Shown: piece by piece, positions 27,824 to 37,356 of the stretch | Position numbering within the stretch: position 1 is the first letter of the stretch | Layout of the letters: every line of letters starts with the position of its first letter | Origin: Flavobacteriales bacterium | GTDB taxonomy: Bacteria; Bacteroidota; Bacteroidia; Flavobacteriales_C; GCA-002722245 | NCBI GenBank assembly: GCA_002720635.1 | Contig: PBJD01000014.1 | Coordinates: 2,536-66,535, forward strand | Reading direction: 5' to 3' | Length of the DNA: 64,000 nt | The notes under the pieces: model-generated | Told to the model about the DNA's origin: nothing | Database searches by the model: none | The model's input: the letters and a program-made list of their open reading frames with translations, nothing else | Position numbers and translations under genes: made by a program

Positions 27824-30800
27824 TTGTTTCATATGAAATTGAAAAAAATAACAGCAGTGCTTGTTTTGCTTATTTTTACAAGTTTATCAAATGCCCAGCA
27901 AAGTTTGGTGTATGCACACGAAAATGCTGATTTTAAGAGGGCTAAAGAGCTCTTTACTGCAAAAAAATATGTTGCTGCTCAAAGAAAGTTTAAAAAAGTA
28001 TACGATAAAATTAACGAGCCTCACTCTGAGGTAAAAATGAATGCTGAATACTATGTTGCCTTATGTGCATTGGAATTATTTAATCAGGACGCTGAGTATT
28101 TGTTTGTACGATTTATAGAACACCACCCTCAAAGTCCAAAAGTACGTAGAGCAAGGTTTCAATTGGGGCAATACAACTACCGTAAAAAAAGATGGACGAC
28201 AGCTATTAAATGGTTTGAGCAAGTAGATGAAAATGATTTAGAGGTAAAAGAACTCCCAGAATATCAGTTTAAATATGGTTATGCATTATTTTGTAAAAAA
28301 AGATACCCGGAAGCTCAAAAGTTATTTCACAAGTCAAAATCGGTTGCAGGTGACTACCAAAAGTCATCTCAGTTTTATTTTGCACATCTCTCGTATAAAT
28401 TTAATTTTTATGAAATCGCCTATAAGGAGTTTAAAAATTTAGAAAATGATTCTGTTTTTGCTCCAATTGTTCCTTATTATATCACCCAAATTCTGTATTT
28501 GCAAAATAAAAATGAGGAGTTGGTTAATTATGGGGCTCCTTTTTTAAAAAAGTCAAACACGAAGAGAGCGCCTGAAATTGCCCGTTTAGTAGGAGAGGGT
28601 TTTTATAAATTGGGTAATTATGATAGTTCCGTAGTTTACTTTGAAAAATTTAAAGAAAGAGTAACTAAGATGGATACAATGGCCTATTTTCAATTGGGCT
28701 ATTCTTATTACAAAAATGGTGAGTATGAAAAAGCTTTAGATAATTTGAACAAGTCTTCAGACGACGAAACACAATTGGGGCAGTTGTCAATGTATTATTC
28801 TGGAGATTGTTATATACACCTCGATAAAAAAAGGGCAGCTCGGAGAGCATTTAGAAATGCACATAAAAACCACCATGATTTTGAGATAACAGAGAATGCA
28901 CTCTTTAATTATGCCAAGCTTTCTTTTGAATTGGATATAGATCCTTATCATGAAAGCATCATAGCTTTAGAAAATTACATCTACCAATATCCAAAATCGG
29001 CAAATGTAGACAGAGCCAGAAAAATTTTATTGAATGTGTATTTAAACACTCAGGATTATCCTAGAGCGATTAGCGCTTTAGAAAAAATAAAGAATAAGGG
29101 GCCTGAGTTAAATTATGCATATCAAAAAGTCACTTATTATAAGGGGATACAAGAGTTTAATGATCAGAAAATTGGATTTGCCAACAAAGGGAAATTGGAA
29201 AATTTCCGAAAGGCTATTTATTATTTTAATAAGTCATTAAGTAATCCTGAGGATAGAGAAATTGTTGCTCTGGCAAATTATTGGAAGGCGGAGTCATTTT
29301 ACAAGCTGGATGAGTTTAAGGCTGCACTAGCTCAATATGAGGTGTTTAAGTCTTCATCAGGAGCTATTTTACTCGATGAATACAAGGAAGTAGACTACCA
29401 ATTGGGGTATACCAATATGCGTTTAAGAGAATATGGTCCAGCAATAAAGGCGTTTAGAAACTATTTAAACAAGCATTCAAATGATGTGCCTACAGATAAA
29501 ATTAAGGATGCTTACTTAAGAACAGGTGATGCGTATTTAATTTTAAGTAATGGATTAACTGGGGCTGAGAAGCAGAATGAATTAATACATGCGGTTAAGT
29601 ATTACAAAAAAGCTATTACAATTGGGGAGCGAGAAACGGATTATGGGTACTTTCAATTAGGACAGGCGTATAAACTTCTGAACAAGTATGAGCTGGAAGC
29701 CGAAGCTTTTGAAAATTTAATTTTTAATTATCCTGCAAGTAAATATATAGATGATTCTAAATTTAAGGCTGGCGATGTATACTATCAAAGGCTTGAAAAA
29801 TTTGATATCGCCTATAAATATTTCCAGGATATTGTAGACAACCATCAAAACAATACCGCATTGGTTCAGCAATCTTTAAATAAGATGGCCAATATTAAGC
29901 GAGACAGAAAACTTTTTCAAGAATCTGCAAAATTATTTGAATCTGCCGTTCAGAAAGATCCAAAGACTGAATATGCTGCTAATGCACTTAGGGGCTTAAG
30001 GCAGGTTGCTACATTTGATTTGAAAGATGTAAATCGATATTTGAATTTTAGAGCCAATTTAGGTTTGCCTGATGAATCATTGGGCGCAAAGGATACTTTA
30101 GTTTTTGAAAGTGCCAAAGGATACTACAAGGACAAAGAATATATAGTTGCAACAAATAAACTGGAAACGTATTTGTCGGATTTTCCGAATGGTATTTTTT
30201 CCAATGACGCCAACTATATGATTGCTGAAAGTTATTTTGCACTTAACCAGGAAAATCAGTCGTTACCGTATTTTGAAAAAGTTATTGAGGCACCCTATGG
30301 TGAATGGACAGAAGAGGCTTTGTACAAAGCTTCAGCTATTTACATGCAAAATGAGGAGTATCAAAAAGCAATTGGTAGATTTTTACTTTTGGTAGAAAAA
30401 ACGGAGTATGATGTTTATGAGAAAGACGCTTTGGTAGGTTTAATGATTGCATATTCCAGGTTAGAAGATTTTGAGTCTACTGTTCAGTATGCTTTACAAG
30501 TAGAGCGTAATAAATTGACAGAAAATTCAAACAAATTTCAAGCTAGATTATTACTGGGTAATGCCTATTTAAAATCTCATAAATATGATTCCGCCTTTAC
30601 AGCTTTTGAAAAAATTGCAAATGAAACGCAAAAAGTAATGGCTGCTGAGGCAATTTATCAAATGTCATATATAAAGTATTTGAAGGAAGATTATAAAACA
30701 AGTCAGGAGCTTGCTATTCGATTGTTAAAAGAGTTTTCTAATTATCCTTATTGGTACTCTAAAGGCTATATTTTATTAGCAGATATACTTATTAAGAATG

Positions 30801-31078
30801 AGGCTTTGGTTGATGCAAAATATGCATTGAAAAATGTTTTAGAACATTCAACAGATCAAAAAATTATCGATGAAGTAAATAAGCGCTTAGCTGAAATTGA
30901 AGCAATTGAGCAGGCTGCATTAAAAGTGGTTGAAAAAGAGGAGGTGTTTATTGATATAGGAGATGAGAATAATGTAAATGAAGAATTATTTAATGTTGAG
31001 GAAGAGGAGAGTCAAGAGCCTTTAGATTCTTTAAATTTTGACACAACAAATCCTTCTGATTCTTTAAAACAAGAATAA
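27824..31078 (+). CDS. Large secreted tetratricopeptide-repeat protein (1084 aa)
   Basis: Signal peptide (no lipobox Cys). Many TPR-like A/Y/F periodicities. Acidic C-terminal tail. Confidence 0.75.
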   Translation: MFHMKLKKITAVLVLLIFTSLSNAQQSLVYAHENADFKRAKELFTAKKYVAAQRKFKKVYDKINEPHSEVKMNAEYYVALCALELFNQDAEYLFVRFIEHHPQSPKVRRARFQLGQYNYRKKRWTTAIKWFEQVDENDLEVKELPEYQFKYGYALFCKKRYPEAQKLFHKSKSVAGDYQKSSQFYFAHLSYKFNFYEIAYKEFKNLENDSVFAPIVPYYITQILYLQNKNEELVNYGAPFLKKSNTKRAPEIARLVGEGFYKLGNYDSSVVYFEKFKERVTKMDTMAYFQLGYSYYKNGEYEKALDNLNKSSDDETQLGQLSMYYSGDCYIHLDKKRAARRAFRNAHKNHHDFEITENALFNYAKLSFELDIDPYHESIIALENYIYQYPKSANVDRARKILLNVYLNTQDYPRAISALEKIKNKGPELNYAYQKVTYYKGIQEFNDQKIGFANKGKLENFRKAIYYFNKSLSNPEDREIVALANYWKAESFYKLDEFKAALAQYEVFKSSSGAILLDEYKEVDYQLGYTNMRLREYGPAIKAFRNYLNKHSNDVPTDKIKDAYLRTGDAYLILSNGLTGAEKQNELIHAVKYYKKAITIGERETDYGYFQLGQAYKLLNKYELEAEAFENLIFNYPASKYIDDSKFKAGDVYYQRLEKFDIAYKYFQDIVDNHQNNTALVQQSLNKMANIKRDRKLFQESAKLFESAVQKDPKTEYAANALRGLRQVATFDLKDVNRYLNFRANLGLPDESLGAKDTLVFESAKGYYKDKEYIVATNKLETYLSDFPNGIFSNDANYMIAESYFALNQENQSLPYFEKVIEAPYGEWTEEALYKASAIYMQNEEYQKAIGRFLLLVEKTEYDVYEKDALVGLMIAYSRLEDFESTVQYALQVERNKLTENSNKFQARLLLGNAYLKSHKYDSAFTAFEKIANETQKVMAAEAIYQMSYIKYLKEDYKTSQELAIRLLKEFSNYPYWYSKGYILLADILIKNEALVDAKYALKNVLEHSTDQKIIDEVNKRLAEIEAIEQAALKVVEKEEVFIDIGDENNVNEELFNVEEEESQEPLDSLNFDTTNPSDSLKQE

Positions 31079-31079
31079 C

Positions 31080-32768
31080 ATGACAAATAGCTTAAAAAAT
31101 ATAATTTCATTGATAATTGTTTTTTCAACAAGTGCTTTTGCACAAACTGAATTTAACGATACAACAAAGGTTGTTGATGGAATGAAGATATACATACCTG
31201 GAGAAGGTAAGGTAAGTGTGAATTATGGAAAGAAGATAGGCGATGATCCACTTTTTCAAGATTCCTCTAAAATTGAAACGAAAGTCAAATATTTCTTTCT
31301 GGACAAAAAAACAAGTTCTGCTTTTAAGGTTAAAACCATAAAAGCGCCAAAAATCAGAATGATTGAGCCGCTGGAAAAGATTAGAAAACGTTATGTGGCC
31401 TTGGGTATAAACGATTTCAAAACTACTCCTATGGCCGAGTTAAGGTATTCAACCTTAAGAAACAGAAAATACAATACAGGGTTTGACATGAAGCATTTCT
31501 CTCAAAAACAGAATGTAGGTTCTTCAATTGATGCGTTGTATGGAAATTCCACAGTTTCGATTTATGGAAAACGATTTTTAAGAAGGAAAGCACTATACGG
31601 TTCTGCTGATTATGAAAATAACGTTTTCAACTTTCATGGTTTTGATAAAGACCAGTTCATTTCATTCGATCCAAAAGATTTTAAAAGGGCTGTTGGTAAA
31701 TACACAGTCGAAGCAGGTTTAAAGAGTACATCTAAAGACCAATCTCGTTTAGGATATGATGTGGGTGTGAACTATAATCAATTGTCATTGGACGAAATGG
31801 CCACGGTGGAACATAAAATTGATTTTGATCTTAATATGAATAAATACCTTGTATGGACCAAATATGAATGGTTTAAGGGTGTTTTTAACTTGGATTACAG
31901 TGCAAGTTACTTAAATTCAGGAAGGCCAAATAAAGATCATGAGTCTTTCTATTTTTCTGTTTTTCCTTCCTTTGATTTGCAGTTCAAAGAAATCGATTTT
32001 GCTGTTGGTGTAAAGGCGTTTTACCAAACCAATAACAAGGATTTTATTGGAATGCCTTATTTAGAAGGAGATTGGTCTTTTGTAAAAGATGTGTTACACA
32101 TTTTTGGCCGGTTACAAAATGATTACAAACGACTTTCTTATCTGGATTATGTGTATCAAAATCCTTTTATTGCGAATTATCAAGATATACTTAACGTAAA
32201 TGTTCCTGTTGATTTTATGGGGGGCATAAAAGGTGCATTTAGCTCTAATTCCAGTTTTGCTTTAGGTTTTAGATACCGCAACTATAAATCTATGCCCATT
32301 TATTATAATTTAAGTGATAATCCAACTTTAGAGTTTAATGTAGTGGAGGATGAGGTTGTCAACCGGCAAGGTTTCTTAGAGTTTTTACACGAGGGGAAAA
32401 AGCTAAATGTTTTGACTAAAATCGAATACAATTTATACGATGTGTTCAATTTAGAGGCGTATCATTTACCAGCTCTATATGGTGAAACAAGGTTAGTATA
32501 TAAGCTTCAGGATAAATTTTTACTTGGCACAGATTTATTCTTTTATGGAGAACAATTGGGTATTGAATCGTTTAATGAGAATGGTCGCCCAAATACCATT
32601 ACCATAGATCCTGTTTTTGATTTTAATATTGATTTCAGGTACAATTATTCTCAAAAATTAGGGGCATTTATTAAAACGAATAATATTCTAAATACAAAAC
32701 ATCAGCGTTGGGATCAATATGCCAATTATGGATTTAATATGCTGGTTGGTATAGATTATAATTTTTAA
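31080..32768 (+). CDS. Outer-membrane beta-barrel protein (hypothetical)
   Basis: Signal peptide ...STSAFAQ. Beta-rich with alternating aromatics. C-terminus ...GIDYNF. Start is 2 nt after the TPR gene stop. Confidence 0.65.
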   Translation: MTNSLKNIISLIIVFSTSAFAQTEFNDTTKVVDGMKIYIPGEGKVSVNYGKKIGDDPLFQDSSKIETKVKYFFLDKKTSSAFKVKTIKAPKIRMIEPLEKIRKRYVALGINDFKTTPMAELRYSTLRNRKYNTGFDMKHFSQKQNVGSSIDALYGNSTVSIYGKRFLRRKALYGSADYENNVFNFHGFDKDQFISFDPKDFKRAVGKYTVEAGLKSTSKDQSRLGYDVGVNYNQLSLDEMATVEHKIDFDLNMNKYLVWTKYEWFKGVFNLDYSASYLNSGRPNKDHESFYFSVFPSFDLQFKEIDFAVGVKAFYQTNNKDFIGMPYLEGDWSFVKDVLHIFGRLQNDYKRLSYLDYVYQNPFIANYQDILNVNVPVDFMGGIKGAFSSNSSFALGFRYRNYKSMPIYYNLSDNPTLEFNVVEDEVVNRQGFLEFLHEGKKLNVLTKIEYNLYDVFNLEAYHLPALYGETRLVYKLQDKFLLGTDLFFYGEQLGIESFNENGRPNTITIDPVFDFNIDFRYNYSQKLGAFIKTNNILNTKHQRWDQYANYGFNMLVGIDYNF

Positions 32769-32770
32769 TA

Positions 32771-33760
32771 ATGAAAATTAAGGTTGCAATTTTTTTTCTG
32801 CTTCTTACAGGGGGGCGGCATTTTCTTCAAGCAAAAAAGATAACTCCAAAGGAATACATCCAAACGTATAAGGGAGATGCCATCAAGGAAATGAAGCGCT
32901 CTGGTGTTCCTGCCAGCATTACTTTAGCTCAAGGTATGCTGGAAAGTGGTTATGGAAATAGCGAATTGGCGAAAAATGCAAACAATCATTTTGGAATAAA
33001 ATGTCATTCGAGCTGGACGGGACCTATTTACCGTTTAGATGATGATAAAAAGGATGAATGTTTCCGAAAATATAAAACAGTTTGGCAGTCTTATCGCGAT
33101 CATTCTGATTTTTTAAAAGGTAGTAGACGGTATGCTTTTTTGTTTGAGTTAAAAATTACGGATTATAAGGGTTGGTGCAGAGGTTTGAAAAAGGCAGGGT
33201 ATGCGACAAATAAAAAGTATGCAACTCTTCTGATTGAAATGGTTGAGCGATATGACCTTAATCGATTCGTTTTGGTAAATAAATCGAAAAACACCAGGCG
33301 GAGAAACAAGCTAGGAAATTCAATTAAAATAAAAGATGATTCAGAGAATAGAAAAAACTCGCGATTGGAAGTAGAAGGAAACGATGATTTTGAAATATCG
33401 GCTGGTAAAGGTTTGAGTCAAATTAAAAAATCAGCGAATTGGATTAATTATGTCGAGGTGCGTAAAGGTGATACTTACTATAGTATTTCAAAACGTTTTA
33501 ATATTTCTTTATCAAGATTGTATAAATACAATGAGTGCAACTCAGATACTTTACTTCAAGTGGGAAGCAGAGTTTTTCTCCAGCCTAAGCGATCCAGAGG
33601 TACTCAAAAAATATATATTTTTAAGTCGGGTGATACTGTATACCGAATATCACAAAAATTCGGAATAAAGTTGAAAAATCTGTACAAAAGGAATAATTGG
33701 AGAGAAGGTTATCGTCCTAAAGAAGGAGAGGAAATCTATTTAAAAGGGAAACGAAAATAA
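32771..33760 (+). CDS. Glucosaminidase-domain peptidoglycan hydrolase with two C-terminal LysM domains
   Basis: TLAQGMLESGYGNSELAKNANNHFGIK matches the FlgJ/mannosyl-glycoprotein endo-beta-N-acetylglucosaminidase family. Two LysM-like blocks follow (VRKGDTYYSISKRFNISLSRLYKYN and FKSGDTVYRISQKFGIKLKNLYKRN). Confidence 0.8.
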   Translation: MKIKVAIFFLLLTGGRHFLQAKKITPKEYIQTYKGDAIKEMKRSGVPASITLAQGMLESGYGNSELAKNANNHFGIKCHSSWTGPIYRLDDDKKDECFRKYKTVWQSYRDHSDFLKGSRRYAFLFELKITDYKGWCRGLKKAGYATNKKYATLLIEMVERYDLNRFVLVNKSKNTRRRNKLGNSIKIKDDSENRKNSRLEVEGNDDFEISAGKGLSQIKKSANWINYVEVRKGDTYYSISKRFNISLSRLYKYNECNSDTLLQVGSRVFLQPKRSRGTQKIYIFKSGDTVYRISQKFGIKLKNLYKRNNWREGYRPKEGEEIYLKGKRK

Positions 33761-33920
33761 AATTGTAATTTATTTTTGTTTCTAAAATGGTCATTTTAAG
33801 ATAGTTGATTACCGATTTAATAAATTAAAAAGAGTATAAATTAGCCCCCTTTTTTTAGGTTAATTTGTTTTTTTTCTATTATAAACTTATTTTTGCACCT
33901 CTTTTTTAAGATAGTTTTAC

Positions 33921-35339
33921 ATGAAAATTGAAAAAAGGTGGGTTGTTTCTTTTGCTTTGACTGCATTAGTTTCAATAGTTGCATTGTTTTGGAGTAATAT
34001 ATCTGAAGCAATTTTTATTAAAGGGTCTCCTTCCGGATTAGCTGATAATTTTTTATCTCCGGATTCATATAATGCTGCAGATACAGGTTGGGTTCTAACC
34101 TCGGCATGTTTGGTTCTTTTAATGACTCCCGGTTTATCTTTTTTTTATGGAGGAATGGTTGGCAAGAAAAATATTATTTCAACTATGCTTCAATCCTTTA
34201 TTTGTATGGGTATTATCAGTTTAGTTTGGGTAGTTGTAGGGTTTGGTTTAGCATTTGGTGATCCAATATTAAGTTTTGAATCCGTTTTAGACTCAGGAGA
34301 GACTGTTAAACATAGTATATTAGGAAACCCATTTTCATATACTTTTTTTGAATTTATTGAGGAATTTGGAAGTTCCCCTCACAAACAAATGGCATCAACA
34401 ATACCTTTTGTTCTTTTCGCTATTTTTCAAATGAAGTTTGCTATCATTACTCCTGCTATTATCACAGGGTCTTTTGCTGAGAGAGTTCGATTTATATCCT
34501 ATCTAATATTTATAAGCTTTTTCGTTGTGTTTTTGTATTGTCCATTGGCACACTGGGTTTGGCATCCAGACGGTATGTTAAATACTTATTTTGGGGTTAA
34601 AGATTTTGCGGGTGGTACTGTAGTGCACATGTCTGCAGGATTTGCCGCTCTTGCTGGTGCAATTATTTTGGGTAAAAGAAAAAATAAAGAGCATACTCCC
34701 ACTAATATACCCTTCGTTATACTTGGAACAGGAATGCTTTGGTTCGGGTGGTTTGGTTTTAACGCAGGTTCGGCATTTGGTGTGAACGGCGATGCTGTTT
34801 TAGCTTTTATTACTACAAATTCTTCATCTGCAACAGCGATGTTGACATGGATTTTCTTTGATCGTATTAATGGTAGAAAGGTTTCTGCATTGGGTGCGTG
34901 TATAGGTGCGGTTGTAGGATTGGTAGCTATTACTCCAGCTGCTGGTTATGTATCGGTGTCTGAAGCTATATTTTTTGGATTTATTGCATCTATAATTTCT
35001 AATTCAATTGTTAACTGGAACAGAATGCAAAAATTGGATGATACTTTAGATGTATTTGCATGCCATGGTGTTGGAGGTATTATGGGAATGATTTTAACAG
35101 CCATTTTCGCTAATGGCGAAGGTTCTAGCTTATTAAATGGTGGATGGGGGATTTTTGGTCATCATATGATGGCACTGGTGGTTGTCTCAATTTTTACTTT
35201 TTTTGGTTCTTTGTTATTGTATAAATTAACAGATAAAATTATCCCTTTAAGAGTTTCAGAAGAATCCGAGGATATTGGCCTGGATATATCTCAACATGAT
35301 GAGCAGATGGATCCATATTCAGAAACCTCAATTGAATAA
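33921..35339 (+). CDS. amt: Ammonium transporter (Amt family)
   Basis: DFAGGTVVHMSAGFAALAGAIILGKR and 11-12 TM segments. Confidence 0.9.
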   Translation: MKIEKRWVVSFALTALVSIVALFWSNISEAIFIKGSPSGLADNFLSPDSYNAADTGWVLTSACLVLLMTPGLSFFYGGMVGKKNIISTMLQSFICMGIISLVWVVVGFGLAFGDPILSFESVLDSGETVKHSILGNPFSYTFFEFIEEFGSSPHKQMASTIPFVLFAIFQMKFAIITPAIITGSFAERVRFISYLIFISFFVVFLYCPLAHWVWHPDGMLNTYFGVKDFAGGTVVHMSAGFAALAGAIILGKRKNKEHTPTNIPFVILGTGMLWFGWFGFNAGSAFGVNGDAVLAFITTNSSSATAMLTWIFFDRINGRKVSALGACIGAVVGLVAITPAAGYVSVSEAIFFGFIASIISNSIVNWNRMQKLDDTLDVFACHGVGGIMGMILTAIFANGEGSSLLNGGWGIFGHHMMALVVVSIFTFFGSLLLYKLTDKIIPLRVSEESEDIGLDISQHDEQMDPYSETSIE

Positions 35340-35362
35340 GTAAAGAAAAAATAAATTTTTTG

Positions 35363-35393
35363 GGAAAGCTCTGATTAATTATCAGGGCTTTTT
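35363..35393. terminator. Bidirectional hairpin terminator between amt and the convergent GHL10 gene
   Basis: Stem aagctctgat / atcagggctt (1 mismatch) plus a T-run. Confidence 0.6.
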
Positions 35394-35449
35394 AATTTAA
35401 GTAAACTTAAATTAAAGATTATGAAATTGAGCATTAGTTTTTTGAACCT

Positions 35450-37051
35450 TTATTGAATTTTTGTAAAAGCAAATTTTTCACTTTCATTATGAAGTCTATC
35501 AACAGATGTGACTGCATATTTATAGTTTTTATCTGCAGAAGCAGTTGTATCAATTAATTGATTGTTTTTTTGAATGCTTAGAATTTTACTTGAAAATTTA
35601 GTTGTGATAGTTTCATTTTCTTCAAAACGATATACTACATAGTAAGCAGCAGAATCATTGCAGGAATTATATTTTGGAGCCTTCCAGCTTAAGTGAACTT
35701 TTCCCTCATTTATTTTTGCTTTCAATTTAACGGGTTTTGATGGAGCAATGCTGTCAATCCAGGTCATAGCAGGAACCAAAGATGGGTATTTGTATATTGA
35801 TTCGCCAATTGTTTTCTGGAAATTTTGATGGTTGTTTACAAACGCTTTTGCTCTGAAATATATATTTCCATTAACCTTTCCGTTTTGACGAGAAATATTT
35901 ACCTGCTTAACCAATTCTTCCTTTCCAAAACTATGTCGGTTTTTGGTGTTCAATTTATAAATGGCATGACCAACATAAAGATGTCGATTGTACTCATTTT
36001 TTGTCCACCAATTTATTAAGTGGTTGTAGTTGGCAAATTCATTTGAGGTACTCCAATATAATTGAGGGGCCATATAATCTACCCAACTTTCCTCTATCCA
36101 AAGTTTTGTATCGCAATAAAGGTTATCATAACTCGATTGTCCGGAGTTAGTGAAACTTCCTGTTGGATCCTGTTTATGGTTTCTCCATATTGCTAAAGGA
36201 CTAATTCCAAATTTAACATGCCTTTTCTCTCTTTTAATAACTTGCGCAACTTCTTGAATTAATAGATTAATATTGTCTCTGCGCCAATTTTCTTTGGTTT
36301 CACAACCCCTTGAATAGAGTTTAAATTGTTTATCATCAGGTATTTTCTCTCCTTTAATTGTATACGGGTAGAAATAATCATCAAAGTGAACTCCATCTAT
36401 ATCATAATTTTTAACGACTTCTTTAACAATATCGCATATATATTTTCTTACCTCAGGAATCCCAGGATTATAGTAAAGTGTATTACCATATTTAAAAAAC
36501 CATTCCGGTTTTTTTCTTGAAATATGGTCTTCAGATATACTCGAGAATTTTACGTGTGAAACTGCTCTGAAAGGATTAAACCAGGCATGAAATTCCATGT
36601 TTCTTTTGTGACATTCGTCCACCATGAATTGCAACGGGTCAAAATTACCATCCGGAGCTTGCCCCTGTTGGCCGCTTAACCATTCACTCCATGGAGATAG
36701 TTTACTTTTGTAAAATGCATCAGAGGAAGCTCTGATTTGCCCAATGACCGCATTAATTGAGTTTTTTTGAAAATCGTTTACAATAGTTAAAAATTCTTTT
36801 TTTTGTTCAAGGGAGGTTAATCCTTTTGAACTCGGCCAGTCAAGGTTTGTGAATGTTGTAATCCAGGCAGATCTTAACTCTCGCTTTGGATGTTTTTTAT
36901 TAAAAATTTCTTCAGGCGTTAGGGAGTTTTTAACCATTTCCAATGGTTTGACCTTCAAAGTTGATTCATTTAATTTATTGCCCCCGGTTATAAAACTTGT
37001 GCAGGCAAATGCAATGGCTAACCCTAAACTGATTTTTAATTGAACAATCAT
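35450..37051 (-). CDS. Glycoside-hydrolase-like family 10 (GHL10 / YngK-like) lipoprotein with C-terminal Fn3-like domain
   Basis: Lipobox AFAC. YDIDGVHFDDYFYPY is typical of the GHL10/DUF4015 family. Confidence 0.75.
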   Translation of the reverse strand: MIVQLKISLGLAIAFACTSFITGGNKLNESTLKVKPLEMVKNSLTPEEIFNKKHPKRELRSAWITTFTNLDWPSSKGLTSLEQKKEFLTIVNDFQKNSINAVIGQIRASSDAFYKSKLSPWSEWLSGQQGQAPDGNFDPLQFMVDECHKRNMEFHAWFNPFRAVSHVKFSSISEDHISRKKPEWFFKYGNTLYYNPGIPEVRKYICDIVKEVVKNYDIDGVHFDDYFYPYTIKGEKIPDDKQFKLYSRGCETKENWRRDNINLLIQEVAQVIKREKRHVKFGISPLAIWRNHKQDPTGSFTNSGQSSYDNLYCDTKLWIEESWVDYMAPQLYWSTSNEFANYNHLINWWTKNEYNRHLYVGHAIYKLNTKNRHSFGKEELVKQVNISRQNGKVNGNIYFRAKAFVNNHQNFQKTIGESIYKYPSLVPAMTWIDSIAPSKPVKLKAKINEGKVHLSWKAPKYNSCNDSAAYYVVYRFEENETITTKFSSKILSIQKNNQLIDTTASADKNYKYAVTSVDRLHNESEKFAFTKIQ

Positions 37052-37356
37052 TTTCTAAAACAAAAATAGTTTCTGATTTAAAAACAATTGATATCTTTTT
37101 AATATTGTTTTTAACAGGCTTTGTTTAAGATGTTTTAACTACTAAATCTAATGCATTTTATAGTGTTGTATCGATAATTTTTTTTCAAAAAAATCTGCCA
37201 AAATATCGTGTTGCATTTTATTCATAAGTCAAAAAGTCGCTGGTTTTCAATTGTTTCTGCCGATATTTCATATAACGTATGAAGAATTAAGATTGGAATA
37301 CAATTTGACCAAGCTGTTTCAGAAATTGAACGATAGGATACAAAAAGCGAATTAAT

